From: Heteronotia binoei
Taxonomy: Eukaryota
Assembly (NCBI RefSeq): GCF_032191835.1
Contig: NC_083227.1
Coordinates: 167,214,001 to 167,278,000, forward strand
DNA length: 64,000 nucleotides
Direction of reading: 5' to 3'
Shown here: positions 23,651 through 36,551 of the stretch, piece by piece
How the letters are laid out: each line of letters begins with the position of its first letter
How positions within the stretch are numbered: position 1 is the first letter of the stretch
Notes under the pieces: model-generated
What the model was told of the DNA's origin: nothing
Seen by the model: only the letters and a program-made list of their open reading frames with translations
Database searches by the model: none
Made by a program: the position numbers and the translations under genes

Positions 23651-24439
23651 AGAGTTGGCTGTCCAATTTAGAAAGGAAAAACCCCCGCACCCTAACAACT
23701 CACACCAACTATTAGCCCTCCTTCCCATTCATGTGTTTTTATGTGTATTTTAGATCCTTTTAAATGTTTTAAGTGTTTTAATGTTTGCTGCCTTGGTGAT
23801 TCTGAATTTGTTGGAAAGGCAGCATAGAGATGTTCTAAATAAAAACCCAGCTGAAGTAAGCTCCTGCTTTCCTAGCCAAGTATTGGCGCCAGAGTGAGTG
23901 AAATGATGGCTGGGAAAATGTCTTCCATGTTGTAGGGATATCCATTGTGACTGGCAACTTCCCACTGTAGCCTGATGTCAGAGCGGAGAGCTGTAGAGGC
24001 ATGTGATGAGCCAGCTTCTAACATGCAGCATGGAATTCTACTAAAAGTTTCTGTGTAAAAACTGTCAACACATTTATCTGATACAAGGGGCTGTCTGTTG
24101 ATCTAGCAGGTTAAAAAAAGTTGGGAATCGTGGCCCCACACGATGACACAGATCAGTTGCCTTTTATATAATCTATGTCTCTGTTTTACTAGTATATCAG
24201 TGTACTGACTTAAAGTAGTATACTTTAAAAAAATAAGACTGTTTCTTCATCGTGCATGTTTTATGACGCTTGTGTTGGAGTATAAGAGAAGGATGTGGAC
24301 AGAATGGAGCGGGTGCGGAGGAGAGTGACAAGGATGATCAGGGGCCTGGAGACCGAGCCCTGTGAGGAAAGACTGAGGGAGTTGGGAATGTTCCATCTGG
24401 AGAAAAGGAGGTTGAGGCGGGACATGATTGCGCTAAGTA

Positions 24440-25401
24440 CTATTTGCCGGCGTATAAGATGACCCCCCAACATTTCCACTCAAAATATAGAGTTTGTTAT
24501 ATACTCGCCGTATAAGACTACCCCCTCTTCCGCACACCTTCCGCACACCAAATAAAAGGTAAAAGAACACCCGGACCACCCCTGCATCTCCCTGTGACCG
24601 GCACTAGTGCGCATGTGCAAGCTCTGCGTAGACAAGGGGCGGGCCGGAGCGCCGCTGCTTCCCGCCGAGCAGAACGGGCCGGTCACGCCGAAAAGGCTGG
24701 CACCCCTGTCTCGCTGCTGATGCTCGCCGCAGCCACGCTGATGACTCGCCGCGGCCGCGCTGGATACCGCGCGATACTGGACGGTATGTAGAATGAGGTG
24801 GGCGGGCATCGGGAGGCCACTATGGGCACCGGGCGAGCATCGGAAGGCCACTATGTGTCAGAACTGGAAGAACTCCAAACGAGGCCCAAGACTTTGTTTC
24901 AAAAGTATAGGCGTTTATTGAGAACTACAGAGCTGAAGGTACAGGATAACACTGATGCCAAGGACTAGCATTAGTTACATTTTATGCGGTTGTAGCAACC
25001 ATAATAAAACGATCTTTCACACGGCTGAAGACAACTGTCCGTTTCCCAGAGTCTGTTATCAGTAGGGAGGATGGATCCCTGCTGAGAAGGCCTGGCCGGC
25101 CTAGCTTCAAAGGACACCTGCAGATGTTGACTAGGGGTTATCTGCCACCCTTCACTGATCACAGCTTGTTTGAAATGTTAAGGAATTTGTGTTAGTGGCT
25201 CGAAGCCTGGCACAGTGTGTTAGTATCGGGTTACAGCATGGAGTCAGTTTGGCTAAAGGCACATAGAAAAGTTACAAGTTCTGACACTATGGGTAGCTAT
25301 GTCTATCCCAACTGAAGTGCTCCCAGCGTATAAGACAACCCCCCCACTTGGAGGCATGTTTTTCAGGGCCAAAAAGTAGTCTTATACACAAGCAAATACT
25401 G
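24440..25401. mobile_element. Tc1/mariner-type MITE (TA TSD) with GC-rich interior
   Basis: Ends ctatttgccggcgtataaga / tcttatacacaagcaaatactg; flanked by TA on both sides. Confidence 0.75.
24856..25286 (-). mobile_element. Solo LTR (431 bp), 5-bp TSD
   Basis: TGTCAGAAC...GTTCTGACA termini; TSD ctatg at 24851-24855 and 25287-25291; orientation inferred from minus-strand AATAAA. Confidence 0.88.
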
Positions 25402-26441
25402 TATTTGAATGGCTGTCGCTTAGAGGAGGGCAGCGAGCTGTTCCTCTTGGCAGCAGAGAAAAGGACTCTAAATAATGGGTCTAAATTAAGAGTGGGAAGG
25501 TACCAGCTGGATATTAGGAAAAACTTTCTTCCAGTAAGTTTGTTCCACAGCGGAATCAGCTACTGAGGAAGGTGGTGAACTCCCCCTCACTGGTAGTCTT
25601 AAAAACAAAGTAGGAGTCGGGGAGCACCTTTAAGACCAACAAAAGTCTAAAAGGTGCGACTAGACTCCTGCTTTGTTCTGTTGCTTCAGACCAACCCGGC
25701 TGCCCACTCGGCAGTCTTTAAGCAGCAGCTGGATGGACGCTAGGCTGATCCTGCATTGAGCAGGGGGCTGGACTAGATGGCCTTGTGTGGCCCTTCCAAT
25801 TCTATGACAGTGAGAGTTACTCTTCATTAATTCAAAAGTTTTGTCTTAATAGCACTCTTTATGCAAACCAGAAGGCTCAAACCTTTGGTGGAAGGCTTTG
25901 GGGCAGTAGTCCTGTGGCTTGCTTCACGACACCGCTCTTGGCTAAATTCCAGAGTCTAGAATGGAGCTGTTGGTTCTGGCGTGCTCCCCTCCCTTCCTAC
26001 TGTTTTCTGACTTCCAGAAAAATCCTCCACTACTTCCAGCTGCATATCAGTATGCCTTGAGGAGGGAGGGAGGGGAGTATAAAGCACGCGCTGGCATGTG
26101 TGGATTGGGAACGCACTGCCTGCAGTAGAGAGGAAACTTGCAGCGGGATTACAGAATTGGAATGGGGGCGTTCGCTAGGGGGATCAGTGGAGTCTGAGGG
26201 ACAAAAGGGGGTTTTGTTTCTGTTTTGTAGTTCATGAATCTGCCGGTAGGATACAAACAATGCAGGCGGAGCACGCCTGGACGCTTTGGGCCATATCACC
26301 ACTTAATCTGCATTGGTTTGGATGCCATGCTGCCTCTAAATCGCTTGTTAGGCTTTCTTGGGTACAGTCGTGAAAGCATCACTTAATTTCTTTGTGCTGG
26401 TTAAGTAGCAGCAGGAATGAAAGGAAGCAACCCGAGACTAA

Positions 26442-26636
26442 AAAGGTAAAGGTAGTGGTCCCCTGTGCAAGCACCAGTTGTTTCAGACTCTGAGGTGACG
26501 TTGCTTTCACAACGTTTTCACGGCAGGCTTTTTACGGGGTGGTTTGCCGTTGCCTTCCCCAGTCATCTATGCTTTCCCCCAGCAAGCCGGGTACTCATTT
26601 TACCAACCTCAGAAGGATGGAAGGCTGAGTCAACCT
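26442..26636 (-). mobile_element. Sauria SINE fragment
   Basis: (ACCTTT)n tail seen as aaaggtaaaggt; body cccctgtgcaagcaccag...gtactcattttacc. Confidence 0.75.
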
Positions 26637-26796
26637 CCTTTTACTCTCATTATTGTGCTTACACTCGGAAAGGTTAAGAGAGCGGTGCCTCCCTTTCAAG
26701 GTGTGCTTAGGAGCGAAGTTGTAATTCTAATGCCTTCCAAATTGTGCTGTTGGAGCCGGGAACTGGCAGTTTATGCAAAAGTTAAGTGGTGCTAGC

Positions 26797-29390
26797 AGGG
26801 AGCATTCAACTTCCAGAAGTTCGAGATGGGTTTCGGAGAGGTCGAGGAACTAGAGATCAAATTGCCAACATTTGCTGGATTATGGAGAAATCACAGGAGT
26901 ATCAGAAAAACATCTATTTCTGTTTCATTGACTACGCCAAAGCCTTTGATTGTGTGGATCACAACAAGCTGTGGCAAGACTTTAAAGAGGTAGAAGTACC
27001 AGACCACCTCTCATGTCTCCTGAGAACCCTGTATAAGGGTCAAGAAGCAGCTGTCAGAACGGGACACGGAAAAACTGACTGGTTTAGAATAGGAAAAGGA
27101 GCTCGACAGGGATGTATATTATCACCCTGCTTATTTAATTTATATGTAAAGTACATAATGCGGAATGCTGGCCTGGATGAAGCAGAACTGGAATTAAGAT
27201 TGCTGGGAAAAACATCAACAACCTCAGATATTCAGATGATACCACTCTAATGGCAGAAAGTGAGGTGGGTGAAAGAGGAGAGCACAAAAGTAGGCTTGAA
27301 ACTCAACAAAAAACCTAAGATCATGGCATCCAGCTCCACCACACCTTGGCAAATAGAAGGGGAAGACGTGGAAGTCTTGACAGACATCACATTTCTGCTA
27401 TCCAAGATCACTGCAGATGGTGACTCTAGCCATGAAGTTAAGAGGTGTTTGCTCCTTGGGAGGACAGCTATGGCAAACCTGGGCAGTATAATAAAAAGTA
27501 GAGCTATCATCCTGCCAACAAAAGTCCGTATAGTCAAAGCAATGGTATCCCCAGTAGTAATGTATGGCTGTGAGAGCTGGACCATAAGGAAGGCCGAGCG
27601 CAGAAGAATAGATGCTTTTGAGCTGTGGTGCTGGAGAAGAGTCTTGAGAGTCCCTTGGACTGCAAGAAGAACCAATCAGTCCTAAGGGAAATCACCCTGA
27701 CTGTTCCCTGGAAGGTCAGATGCTGAAGCTGAAGCACAAGACTTTGGCCACCCAATGAGAAGGGAGCACTCCCTGGAGAAGACTCTTGAGAGTCTTTTGG
27801 ACTGCAAGAAGGTCCAATCAGTCAGTCCTAAGGGAAATCAGCCAGACTGTTCCCTGGAAGGTCAGATGCTGAAGCTGAAGCTCAAAGACTTTGGCCACCC
27901 AATGAGAAGGGAGCACTCCCTGGAGAAGACTCTTGAGAGTCTTTTGGACTGCAAGAAGGTCCAATCAGTCAGTCCTAAGGGAAATCACCCAGACTGTCCC
28001 CTGGAAGGTCAGATGCTGAAGCTGAAGCTCAAAGACTTTGGCCACCCAATGAGAAGGGAGCACTCCCTGGAGAAGACTCTTGAGAGTCTTTTGGACTGCA
28101 AGAAGGTCCAATCAGTCAGCCCTAAGGGAAGTCACCCTGACTGTCCCCTGGAAGGTGAGATGCTCAAGCTGAAGCTCAAATACTTCGGCCACCAAAGGAG
28201 AAGGGAGCACTCCCTGGAGAAGACTCTTGAGAGTCTTTTGGACTGCAAGAAGGTCCAATCAGTCAGTCCTAAGGGAAATTACCCTGACTGTCCCCTGGAA
28301 GGTCAGATGCTCAAGCTGAAGCTCAAATACTTCGGCCACCAAAGGAGAAGGGAGCACTCCCTGGAGAAGACTCTTGAGAGTCTTTTGGACTGCAAGAAGG
28401 TCCAATCAGTCAGTCCTAAGGGAAATTACCCTGACTGTCCCCTGGAAGGTCAGATGCTCAAGCTGAAGCTCAAATACTTCGGCCACCAAAGGAGAAGGGA
28501 GCACTCCCTGGAGAAGACTCTTGAGAGTCTTTTGGACTGCAAGAAGGTCCAATCAGTCAGTCCTAAGGGAAGTCACCCTGACTGCCCCCTGGAAGGTCAG
28601 ATGCTCAAGCTGAAGCTCAAAGACTTTGGCCACCAAAGGAGAAGGGAGCACTCCCTGGAGAAGACTCTTGAGAGTCTTTTGGACTGCAAGAAGGTCCAAT
28701 CAGTCAGTCCTAAGGGAAATCACCCTGACTGTCCCCTGGAAGGTCAGATGCTCAAGCTGAAGCTCAAATACTTCGGCCACCAAAGGAGAAGGGAGCACTC
28801 CCTGGAGAAGACTCTTGAGAGTCTTTTGGACTGCAAGAAGGTCCAATCAGTCAGTCCTAAGGGAAATCACCCTGACTGTCCCCTGGAAGGTCAGATGCTC
28901 AAGCTGAAGCTCAACTACTTCGGCCACCAAAGGAGAAGGGAGCACTCCCTGGAGAAGACTCTTGAGAGTCTTTTGGACTGCAAGAAGGTCCAATCAGTCA
29001 GTCCTAAGGGAAATCAACCCAGACTGTTCCCTGGAAGGTCAGATGCTGAAGCTCAAGCTCAAAGACTTTGGCCACCCAATGAGAAGGGAGCACTCCCTGG
29101 AGAAGACTCTTGAGAGTCTTTTGGACTGCAAGAAGGTCCAATCAGTCAGTCCTAAGGGAAATCAACCCAGACTGTTGCCTGGAAGGTCAGATGCTGAAGC
29201 TGAAGCTCAAAGACTTTGGCCACCCAAGGAGAAGGGAGCACTCCCTGGAGAAGCCCCTGATGCTGGGCAAGACAGAAGGCAAAAGCAGAAGGGGACAGCA
29301 AAAGAGGAGACGGCTGGACAGTGTTACTGATGCAACTAACACGAATCTGAGCAGACTTCAGGGGCTGGTGGAAGACAGGAGGGCCTGGCG
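26797..29390 (+). mobile_element. RTE-BovB LINE fragment with internal tandem amplification
   Basis: ORFs GFRRGRGTRDQIANI..., DYAKAFDCVDH, RQGCILSPCLFNLY; 3' part contains the 147-bp array. Confidence 0.93.
27628..29255 (+). repeat. 147-bp tandem array (about 11 units) derived from the BovB RT 3' region
   Basis: gactcttg junctions at 27781, 27928, 28075, 28222, 28369, 28516, 28663, 28810, 28957 and 29105. Confidence 0.95.
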
Positions 29391-29770
29391 CGGCTCGGCG
29401 CAGGGGCTTTCCTCCGGGGCCCTTTAAGAGAGCAGCCGCCCCTCCGCCCCCCTCCTCCGGCTGGGCGCCGCTCCCATTTCCGCCTTCCTCTTCCGCTGCC
29501 GGTGCCAGGAAATCCCCCGCTTCCGCGCAGGCCGGGCAGGAGGCGGAGCTGGCGTGGAATGCAGCCGGGCGGGCAGCAGCATGTCTTTTGCTCGCAGGGC
29601 CTCGGGAGACGGGCTGGGCTGTGTCGCTGCGCCCGCCCTGGCTTGCATTTCCCGCTCGCGAAGAGCTCTGTGCGCTCCGGGGGGAGGCGCGGCGCCCCGA
29701 CGAAGGTCTCCGTTTTTGTAGGACTCCGGGCGCGCCTGTAAGGCTTGAGCGCCCCGTGTCTCATTGGACG
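29385..29770. promoter_or_regulatory. Orphan CpG island (no linked exon found)
   Basis: High CpG; GC boxes, CTTCCG ETS cores, GGAAATCCCC kB-like site 29508-29517, TTTCCCGC E2F-like site 29648-29655. Confidence 0.5.
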
Positions 29771-31084
29771 CTGGTCGCTTCTGAGTAGGGATGCCAGCTT
29801 CCAGGTGGCACCTGGAGAAACTGGGTGCTTTGGAGGGGGAATCTCTGAGGTCCCAGTCCTCCCCAGGCTCCATCCCAACCTGCATCTGCATTCCCAACTC
29901 CTCTCCCCCCTGCAGCCAGTGGTGGTTGTGGGGACCTGGCAACTCTGCTGAGCTGGCATCCTGTGAGAATGCCAGAGAGTTGGGCAGCATTGTGAAGGGG
30001 GTGGTGCATGCATGCGACAAGGTGTCGTTACCTTCTTGACCGCCTAGGCCCCTGGTTGTATACTGGCTTCAGAACTGTGGGGTCTAACCAGGAAGCCTTG
30101 CACCTTAATTTCATACTCCTGGGCCTGATCCCCTCAGCGGCAAAGAAGTCCACTCTGCGCATTCGCAATCAGTGTTCGTAAGTTGGTACCCCAACATTAT
30201 GGGAGCTGCTGCTTTGAAGCCTGTAGGGTTACAGGGCTCTGCTCTGGTAAAGTGGGGGGTCGGTCATAGCTTGGATTGCAGTCTTCCAAATGAAGATGGG
30301 AAGAAAGGGAGAGAAGTATCTATTTAAAATTACCAAAGGGTTCCCTTGCTGCTTTTCAGGGAGTGGAGCGGGGCTCCCAAAATTACGGGAACAAGGAGAC
30401 TCCCAGGCCACAACTGCTGAGATGAGTCATTCAGAATTAATGCTTTTCTTTCTCCCAAGGGGAGCGTGCTGAGCAGCACAGCCGGTTTGGTGGCACTGTG
30501 GTGCAAGTGGGCAGACTTTTGCCCTGCAGGCCTTGTTGAATAAGCCAGTGTTCTCTTTGCCTGCACTGCTGCAGCAGCTTTGAGGATGCCTTTCTTTGCA
30601 TAGGAACTGGAAAAGAGTAGAGCAGCATGGTGGAATAGATACTTGGTAGGCTTGCCAACCTCCAGGTAGGCCTGGCAACCTCCCAGCAGGCCCATAGCCA
30701 GGATTTTTCATTTGGTGGGGCCCAGAGCCAGGCTTTTCATTGAGTGGAGCACTTTTCTTTTTTTTGTGGAGGGCCTAATTATTATGCTTAAAATAATAAA
30801 TAACAAATAATGCAGATAAGTAATTTATGACTCGAACATGTTTCAAGATCTGCTTTCAGCCAAACCTCACTGCATTGATTCTGCTTCCGACGAATAACTT
30901 TGACCGGCAAAGGCAAGAAGGAGGGGGAGATAGGCTGTACTTCTCATACAACTGAGAAATCACTGGCTGGCTGGGATTCAGCCACAATATTGACCAAAGG
31001 AGCTTGGGAGAGGGAGAGACCCTGTGCCATTTCTCCTCTCTCCCTTTTTCATTTCAGGTAATTGTAATAAAGAAATGGAAAGCA

Positions 31085-31365
31085 AAGAAGAAGAAGAATT
31101 GCAGATTTATACCCCGCCCTTCTCTCTGTATCAGAGACTCAGAGCGGCTTACAATCTCCTATATCTTCTCCCCCCACAACAGACACCACTGTGAGGTGGG
31201 TGGGGCTGAGAGGGCTCTCACAGCAGCTGCCCTTTCAAGGACAACCTCTGCCAGAGCTATGGCTGACCCAAGGCCATTCCAGCAGCTGAAAGTGGAGGAG
31301 TGGGGAACCAAACCTGGTTCTCCCAGGTAAGAGTCCATGCACTTAACCACTACACCAAACTGGCT
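31085..31365 (-). mobile_element. tRNA-head SINE with L2-like 3' tail and (CTT)n end (second SINE family)
   Basis: Head agccagtttggtgtagtggttaag on the minus strand; same family at 57141 and 62312. Confidence 0.8.
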
Positions 31366-32699
31366 ACACTACACCACTACACTACACCAAAGAAAATGAT
31401 AGGACGGGCCTCTCTTCCCCTGCCTGCTTGAATGCAGGGAAATTGCTTCAGACCAGCGGGCGACCCACCTGATTTTTGTTGTTTTCAGCACCAGCCATTG
31501 TTTCCGAGAGGGGGGGGGGTGCAAAGAGTGTCTTCCATTTCCCACTTGGTAGGGGGCCCATGCAGATCCCTATTGCCTTCCCATGGCACGCCCCCTTGGA
31601 CAGCCTCTGCAAAGAGAAAGGCCATGAAGCCCCACCCCTTCCAGAATGACAGGGGGTGGGGCTTCATGGCCTTTCTCATGGCCAGAATGACTCACTAGAG
31701 CAGCGGCCCCCCCAGCAGGATCGAGCCCCTGCTAGGCCTGGGTGCAGGAAAAGGGAGCAACAGGCCCGGAGAAGGGCTGGTGGTGGGTGGTACACTCGGG
31801 ACTTTGGCATCGCAGTGAGAAGTTTTTCCCCTCCAGGGGGCAAGCAATCCCATCTCCGAGCTGCCAGCCCCAGATCGCTGCGCCTCTGGAGGCAAACGCC
31901 ATCTCCTCTGGCAGCGAGGTGCCAGGGCTCAGGACTTCCACTCCAGCCCATGCTGCGGTTTTCCTGGGTGGGACTCAATGCAGCCACCTGCCTCTGTGGG
32001 GTAGAAGAGGAAGCCAAATCTGGCTTGCTCGGGAGCTGAGGATGAGACCCAAACAACAGCAGCTCTGAGACTGTCCTGATAAATTAGCGATGGGGACCTG
32101 ATTGGAAGGTCCAGAAAGGTGGGACAGGTTCAATTGGTGGGGCCTGGACCGCCCCCCCCCCAGGTCCTCCATAGCTACGGGCCTGGCTCCCAGAATTACG
32201 GTTGATCTCTAGATTACATAGATGTGCTTCCCTGAAGAAAACGGCTGTTTTGGAGGGTGAACTTGTAGAGCATTGCACTCAGCTGATATCCCTGCCTTCA
32301 CCAGGCTTCACCCCTAGATCTCAGGAATTTTCCAACCCAGTTGGGGATAGCAGACTGAGAAGATGCATCCATGTGAGATAAATAGCCTCTTTCTCTCCCC
32401 CTCATCACAATTTCAAGCATTGTCTGCTGTTTCTTTAAGGAAGGGGGGGGGGTGCAGTTGGCATGAGACTCTGTTTAGGCCGCCACCACCCCACTTGTTG
32501 ACCCTCCCAAGACTTTCTGTCTCACACCAGTGGCAGAATACCTGGATGGGTGATTCTGGCTGCAAAGGGGGAGAAAAGGAAGTGGCTGCTTGAGACCAGG
32601 GGGAAACAGCAACTGTTTTTGTGTGTGCAGGAAGGAAGGCAGCCCCACCCTCCGAGCACTGCTGACAGAACGGACAAGTACCCGACATGATTTGAAATC

Positions 32700-33210
32700 C
32701 TCAAGGTCCAGGTCACCGCCACTGCCAGGTCTGCCCTTTTCCATCTGAGGCGGGTCAGGCAGTTGGTCCCGTATCTCATCCCCCATGACCTGGCTGCGGT
32801 GACCCATGCAGTGGTCACTTCTAGGCTGGATTATTGTAACCTGGGGCTGCCCTTGACTCTGCTCCAGAAACTGCAGCTGGTGCAGAATGTAGCCGCATCA
32901 CTTCGTCTATGCAGACACGGATCCATCCTGTGCTTCGTGAGCTGCAGTGGCTGCCCATTGAGTACCGGATCAGATTCAAGGTGTTGGTGCTTGCTTTTCA
33001 AGCCCCGTATGACCGGGGGCCAGCATCTCTCCAGGACCACCTCTCCCCCCAGGAGCCCTGCAGGATCAGGGAACCAGCGCCTCTTGGTAGTCCGTGGGCC
33101 CAGGGAATTTTTATATTTTATACTATGTTTTAATGATCTATTGTGTTATACTTTATTGTAACCTGCCCTGAGCATGCTTGCGGGGAGGGCAGGATACATA
33201 TCTAATAAAA
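32700..33210 (+). mobile_element. L2-clade LINE 3' fragment
   Basis: HAVVTSRLDYCN, LQKLQLVQN, IHPVLRELQWLPIEYRIRFKVL; 3' end tgtaacctgccctgagc... Confidence 0.85.
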
Positions 33211-36200
33211 TAGTACATTTGTATGCATTAGCCCTGCTCAGATACACTGCTTCAGTATGCCTGAGTGTTTTTATACCTCTGGCCAGTAGCTGATTTGACT
33301 AGGCCACATTGAGTAAGGGGAGGCTTGACTGGTTAAGGCCCCCACCTCTACCCACTAATGTATTGCTATAGCTTTATTTTCCACTCACACTGCTTGTTTT
33401 GTTGGTTTTTTTTAAATTATAGCTGTGCAACTTGGGGGAGGGGGCCAGAAATGCCAAAAAGAGAAGCAACACTATGCCCAAATGGTCATTAGCTGGTTAT
33501 CCCTACGTTACCCACATTTGTGACCAATACTCCCTCTAAGCCATGCAGTCTTGTGAGAAGAAATAATACTTTGTGAGCTTACTGGCATTAAAATTGTGGG
33601 CTACTGCTTAAATTAGTTTGCTCTGGAGCCATTTTTCCTGAGCTAAGACAAAAAGGTGTGAGTTGGAAGCTAAAAAGTTGTGAGCTAGCTCACACTAAGC
33701 TTAGAGGGAACATTGCTTGTGACTGGAGAAGCATTAGTTCACACACAAGGACCTTTTCACATATACAGATATGCTGATCTTCCCAGCAGACATACAAAAT
33801 GTGAACGATGGCTGCAGGCATAAATGCAAGCCCAGCCCTGTTTTGAAGGGGGAGTGCTGTGGGCCGGGATTCCATTCTTCGGCTTCCGTCTAATAGCTCA
33901 CTACTTTTGTTGTATTTGGGATGGAGGGGAACCCACTTTCAATTAGATTTGCAATAGAAGGCACAGCTGGTGACCAGGTGTGGAGTTGGGTTTTCCCCTA
34001 TCTGATGCAATTGTTGAGAAGTGAGACTGATTTGGGGTCATTGGTAGAGAAAGGGGGAGATACTGTGAGGTTTTGGCTGCTGGCTTCCTGTGTCCAAAAT
34101 CATGACAGCTTGGGATGGAGAAAACACTGCAAAAAGATGGATTTGGAACGTACCCTGAAGGAAGCTAGGAAGCAGACAAACTGAACACAGCAAAGGCTAC
34201 AGTAGTCAGTCTTCACAGTAAATTTGTTTTCAGTGAGATGAGACCACATGTTACTATGCAGAATGTTCGTGGCCACCTCTTCTCCCGTGGCTATTACCAA
34301 GGATCAAGGCTTTTGACAGCCAGGCTGTTTCAGCCTGTCTGGCAATGTGCCCAGGCTAAACTGTGAGAGTTGTTGCCTTGTTAGCGTTAGGTGCAACAGT
34401 CTGCATAGTCTCATGGCACCTCCCTTGAGCTAATATCTATGAGCAGGGCCTTTTTTGTAGCAGGAACTCCTTTGCATGTTAGGCCACACCCACCTGATGT
34501 AACCAATCGTCCAAGAGCGTACAGGGCTCTTCTTACAGGGCCTACTGTAAGCTCCAGGAGGATTGGCTACATCAGGGGTGTGTGGCCTAATATGCAAAGG
34601 AGTTCCTGCTACAAAAAAAGCCCTGGGTATGAGCACCTGACATGTTGCACCCTTTATGGGAAGGAAGAAATGGAACTGCAGGAGAAGAGATGGTCTCTGG
34701 TGTTTGAAGGCTGCAAGGGCTAGAGAGGCTCAGCCTAATTAGCATACCTCTGTTATGTTTACACTGTGAGGATACAATCAGTGGGAACGAAAAAAAATTA
34801 GTAAGAAAGATGGTGTCTGGACAGAGAGAAATAAAAAGCCCTTTCTCTTAATGTTGTGTATCTGGCCTCCTCCCATAAGATTTCCAGTTAACCTTGTTCC
34901 CAGCATGTTCTAGCAAGACAGGTTTCTTGTGCAGTGTGTGATGAAAAGTATATGAATTTTAAAGGGAAGGGAGGGACTTCTTATCTTCCACATTTTTCCC
35001 TTCTCCCTCTCGCCAATTGTAACTCCGAGGGAAGAAGGGCAAGGACAGAATCCAAGTTTCCCCTTGATAAGATACTGGCTCAAAAAAACTAATTGCTGTC
35101 TCACTAACCTTCTGAAAAGCAGAATCCAAATGGCTAAGTTACCCCATTTGTGCCCAAGTTTCCCATTTCTTACAGTGAAGTCATCCAGAGGTGAGAGTGT
35201 AATTCCCGTTCATCAGACTCTTTTTAGGCTGCCACAAAAATTCCAAGGAGGGTTGGTTTTCAGTTAGGTGCTAGCAGAGAGTAATTTGTTGTGCTGCATG
35301 AGGTCAGATAAGAAGGCTAGCTTTGGTTTTGTGAGTACAAGATATGGAATGCCAGCCTTTTCATGTTGTGACAAAAATGGAAATCACAATAACCCTTGTG
35401 TTTCCTGCAAAAATTCAAGGGTTAAAATGGCTAGGAACATATAAATAGAGGCTGCAGTATCCATAATCAAAGAGCATCAAGTGACAGCCTCTGAGATCAT
35501 TCTCCAAGAAATTAAGAAATATGGGGAAGGCAGAATGACTGTTGAGGGACTCTCCCAGTTTAGGCCATTTTTGTCATTCAAAGATTATGCCGTATACATA
35601 AGTGTGTACATTAATGCTGTAGAGCATGTAGCAGGATTGAAGGAGGGATTGTTCATTTGCTCACAGGGAATCTTTGGCTTTCAAATATCTGGAAGGTCCT
35701 GTTTCCCCCTCTGTTGAACGGTTAGAAGCAGTACACTGAAGGTTCAAAGAGGTCATGCGACACGAAGTCTATATTCTTAAAAATGTCATGATTTTCCCTG
35801 GGTTTTTGTTGCCTTCTTTACTAATGAGTGAGAAGGCAAGGGGGTTTTTTTTGCAGGGGAGAGGAGCTTTATGAGTTCTGGCTTCTAAAGTAACCTGCTT
35901 TAGCTGTTAATGTATGCAGCCTGTCTACAAAGCAGTTTCCCATGAGTGCTAATTATTCTGAGGTGTGTCCCATAATTGCCCAGGTTGGAGCATTTTAATG
36001 AGGTTGTCTGGCTGTTCTCAGCCCAGGATAATAGTAGCAATTCCACACACTCAAAGGTGTAATCGTGGGATTCCAGCCTGCACCAGCTATGTGGCAGGGC
36101 ATGAGGTGACTGCCAAAGGATCGCCACTGATGGAGAACCCAGGCTAAGGGAAGCTGGGCAGAGCGAAATCACTCTCTAAGAAACAAGCACACAACTTTGT

Positions 36201-36551
36201 TCAACTCGTTGATCTCACACTTCTCACCTAAGCTTCCAGTTAGCAGGCTGTCACCGTCTGTGTAACCTAGAAAAGTTTCCTCTTCAAAGCTGAGAATGCA
36301 GTCCTGAAATCCAGGATTGGATTGGGCTGCCAGCCTCCAAGTGGAGCCTGGAGATTTCTTGGTTTTATAACTGGTCTCCAGCTGGCAGAGATCAGCTCTC
36401 CTGGAGAAAGTGGCTGCTTTGAAGGATGGACTCTGTGGCATTGTACCCTGCTGAGGCCTCTCGATTGCCCAAACGCTGCCCTCTCCTGGATCCACCTCCA
36501 AAGCCTCCAGGTATTTTCCAACACAGACCTGGCAACCCTAGGTATACCTAC

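Larger units (their letters stand above)
24274..25807 (+). mobile_element. CR1 3' fragment hosting nested insertions
   Basis: CR1 RT-end sequence (gacatgattgcgctaagTA ... TAtttgaatggctgtc) is split at 24439/25402; ends cccttccaattctatga. Confidence 0.8.

Noticed and set aside
27755-29113. 452-aa ORF as a bona fide host gene, or the array as a CRISPR-like locus
   Set aside because: Entirely derived from BovB sequence, with no unique spacers and no splice or promoter evidence; kept only as a finding.
29336-30039. 225-aa and 198-aa ORFs over the orphan CpG island
   Set aside because: GC-driven open frames with no recognisable similarity to MAN2B1 or other proteins.
29991-30196. TG...CA-bounded segment as a solo LTR or ncRNA
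   Set aside because: No target-site duplication and no recognisable RNA family motif.
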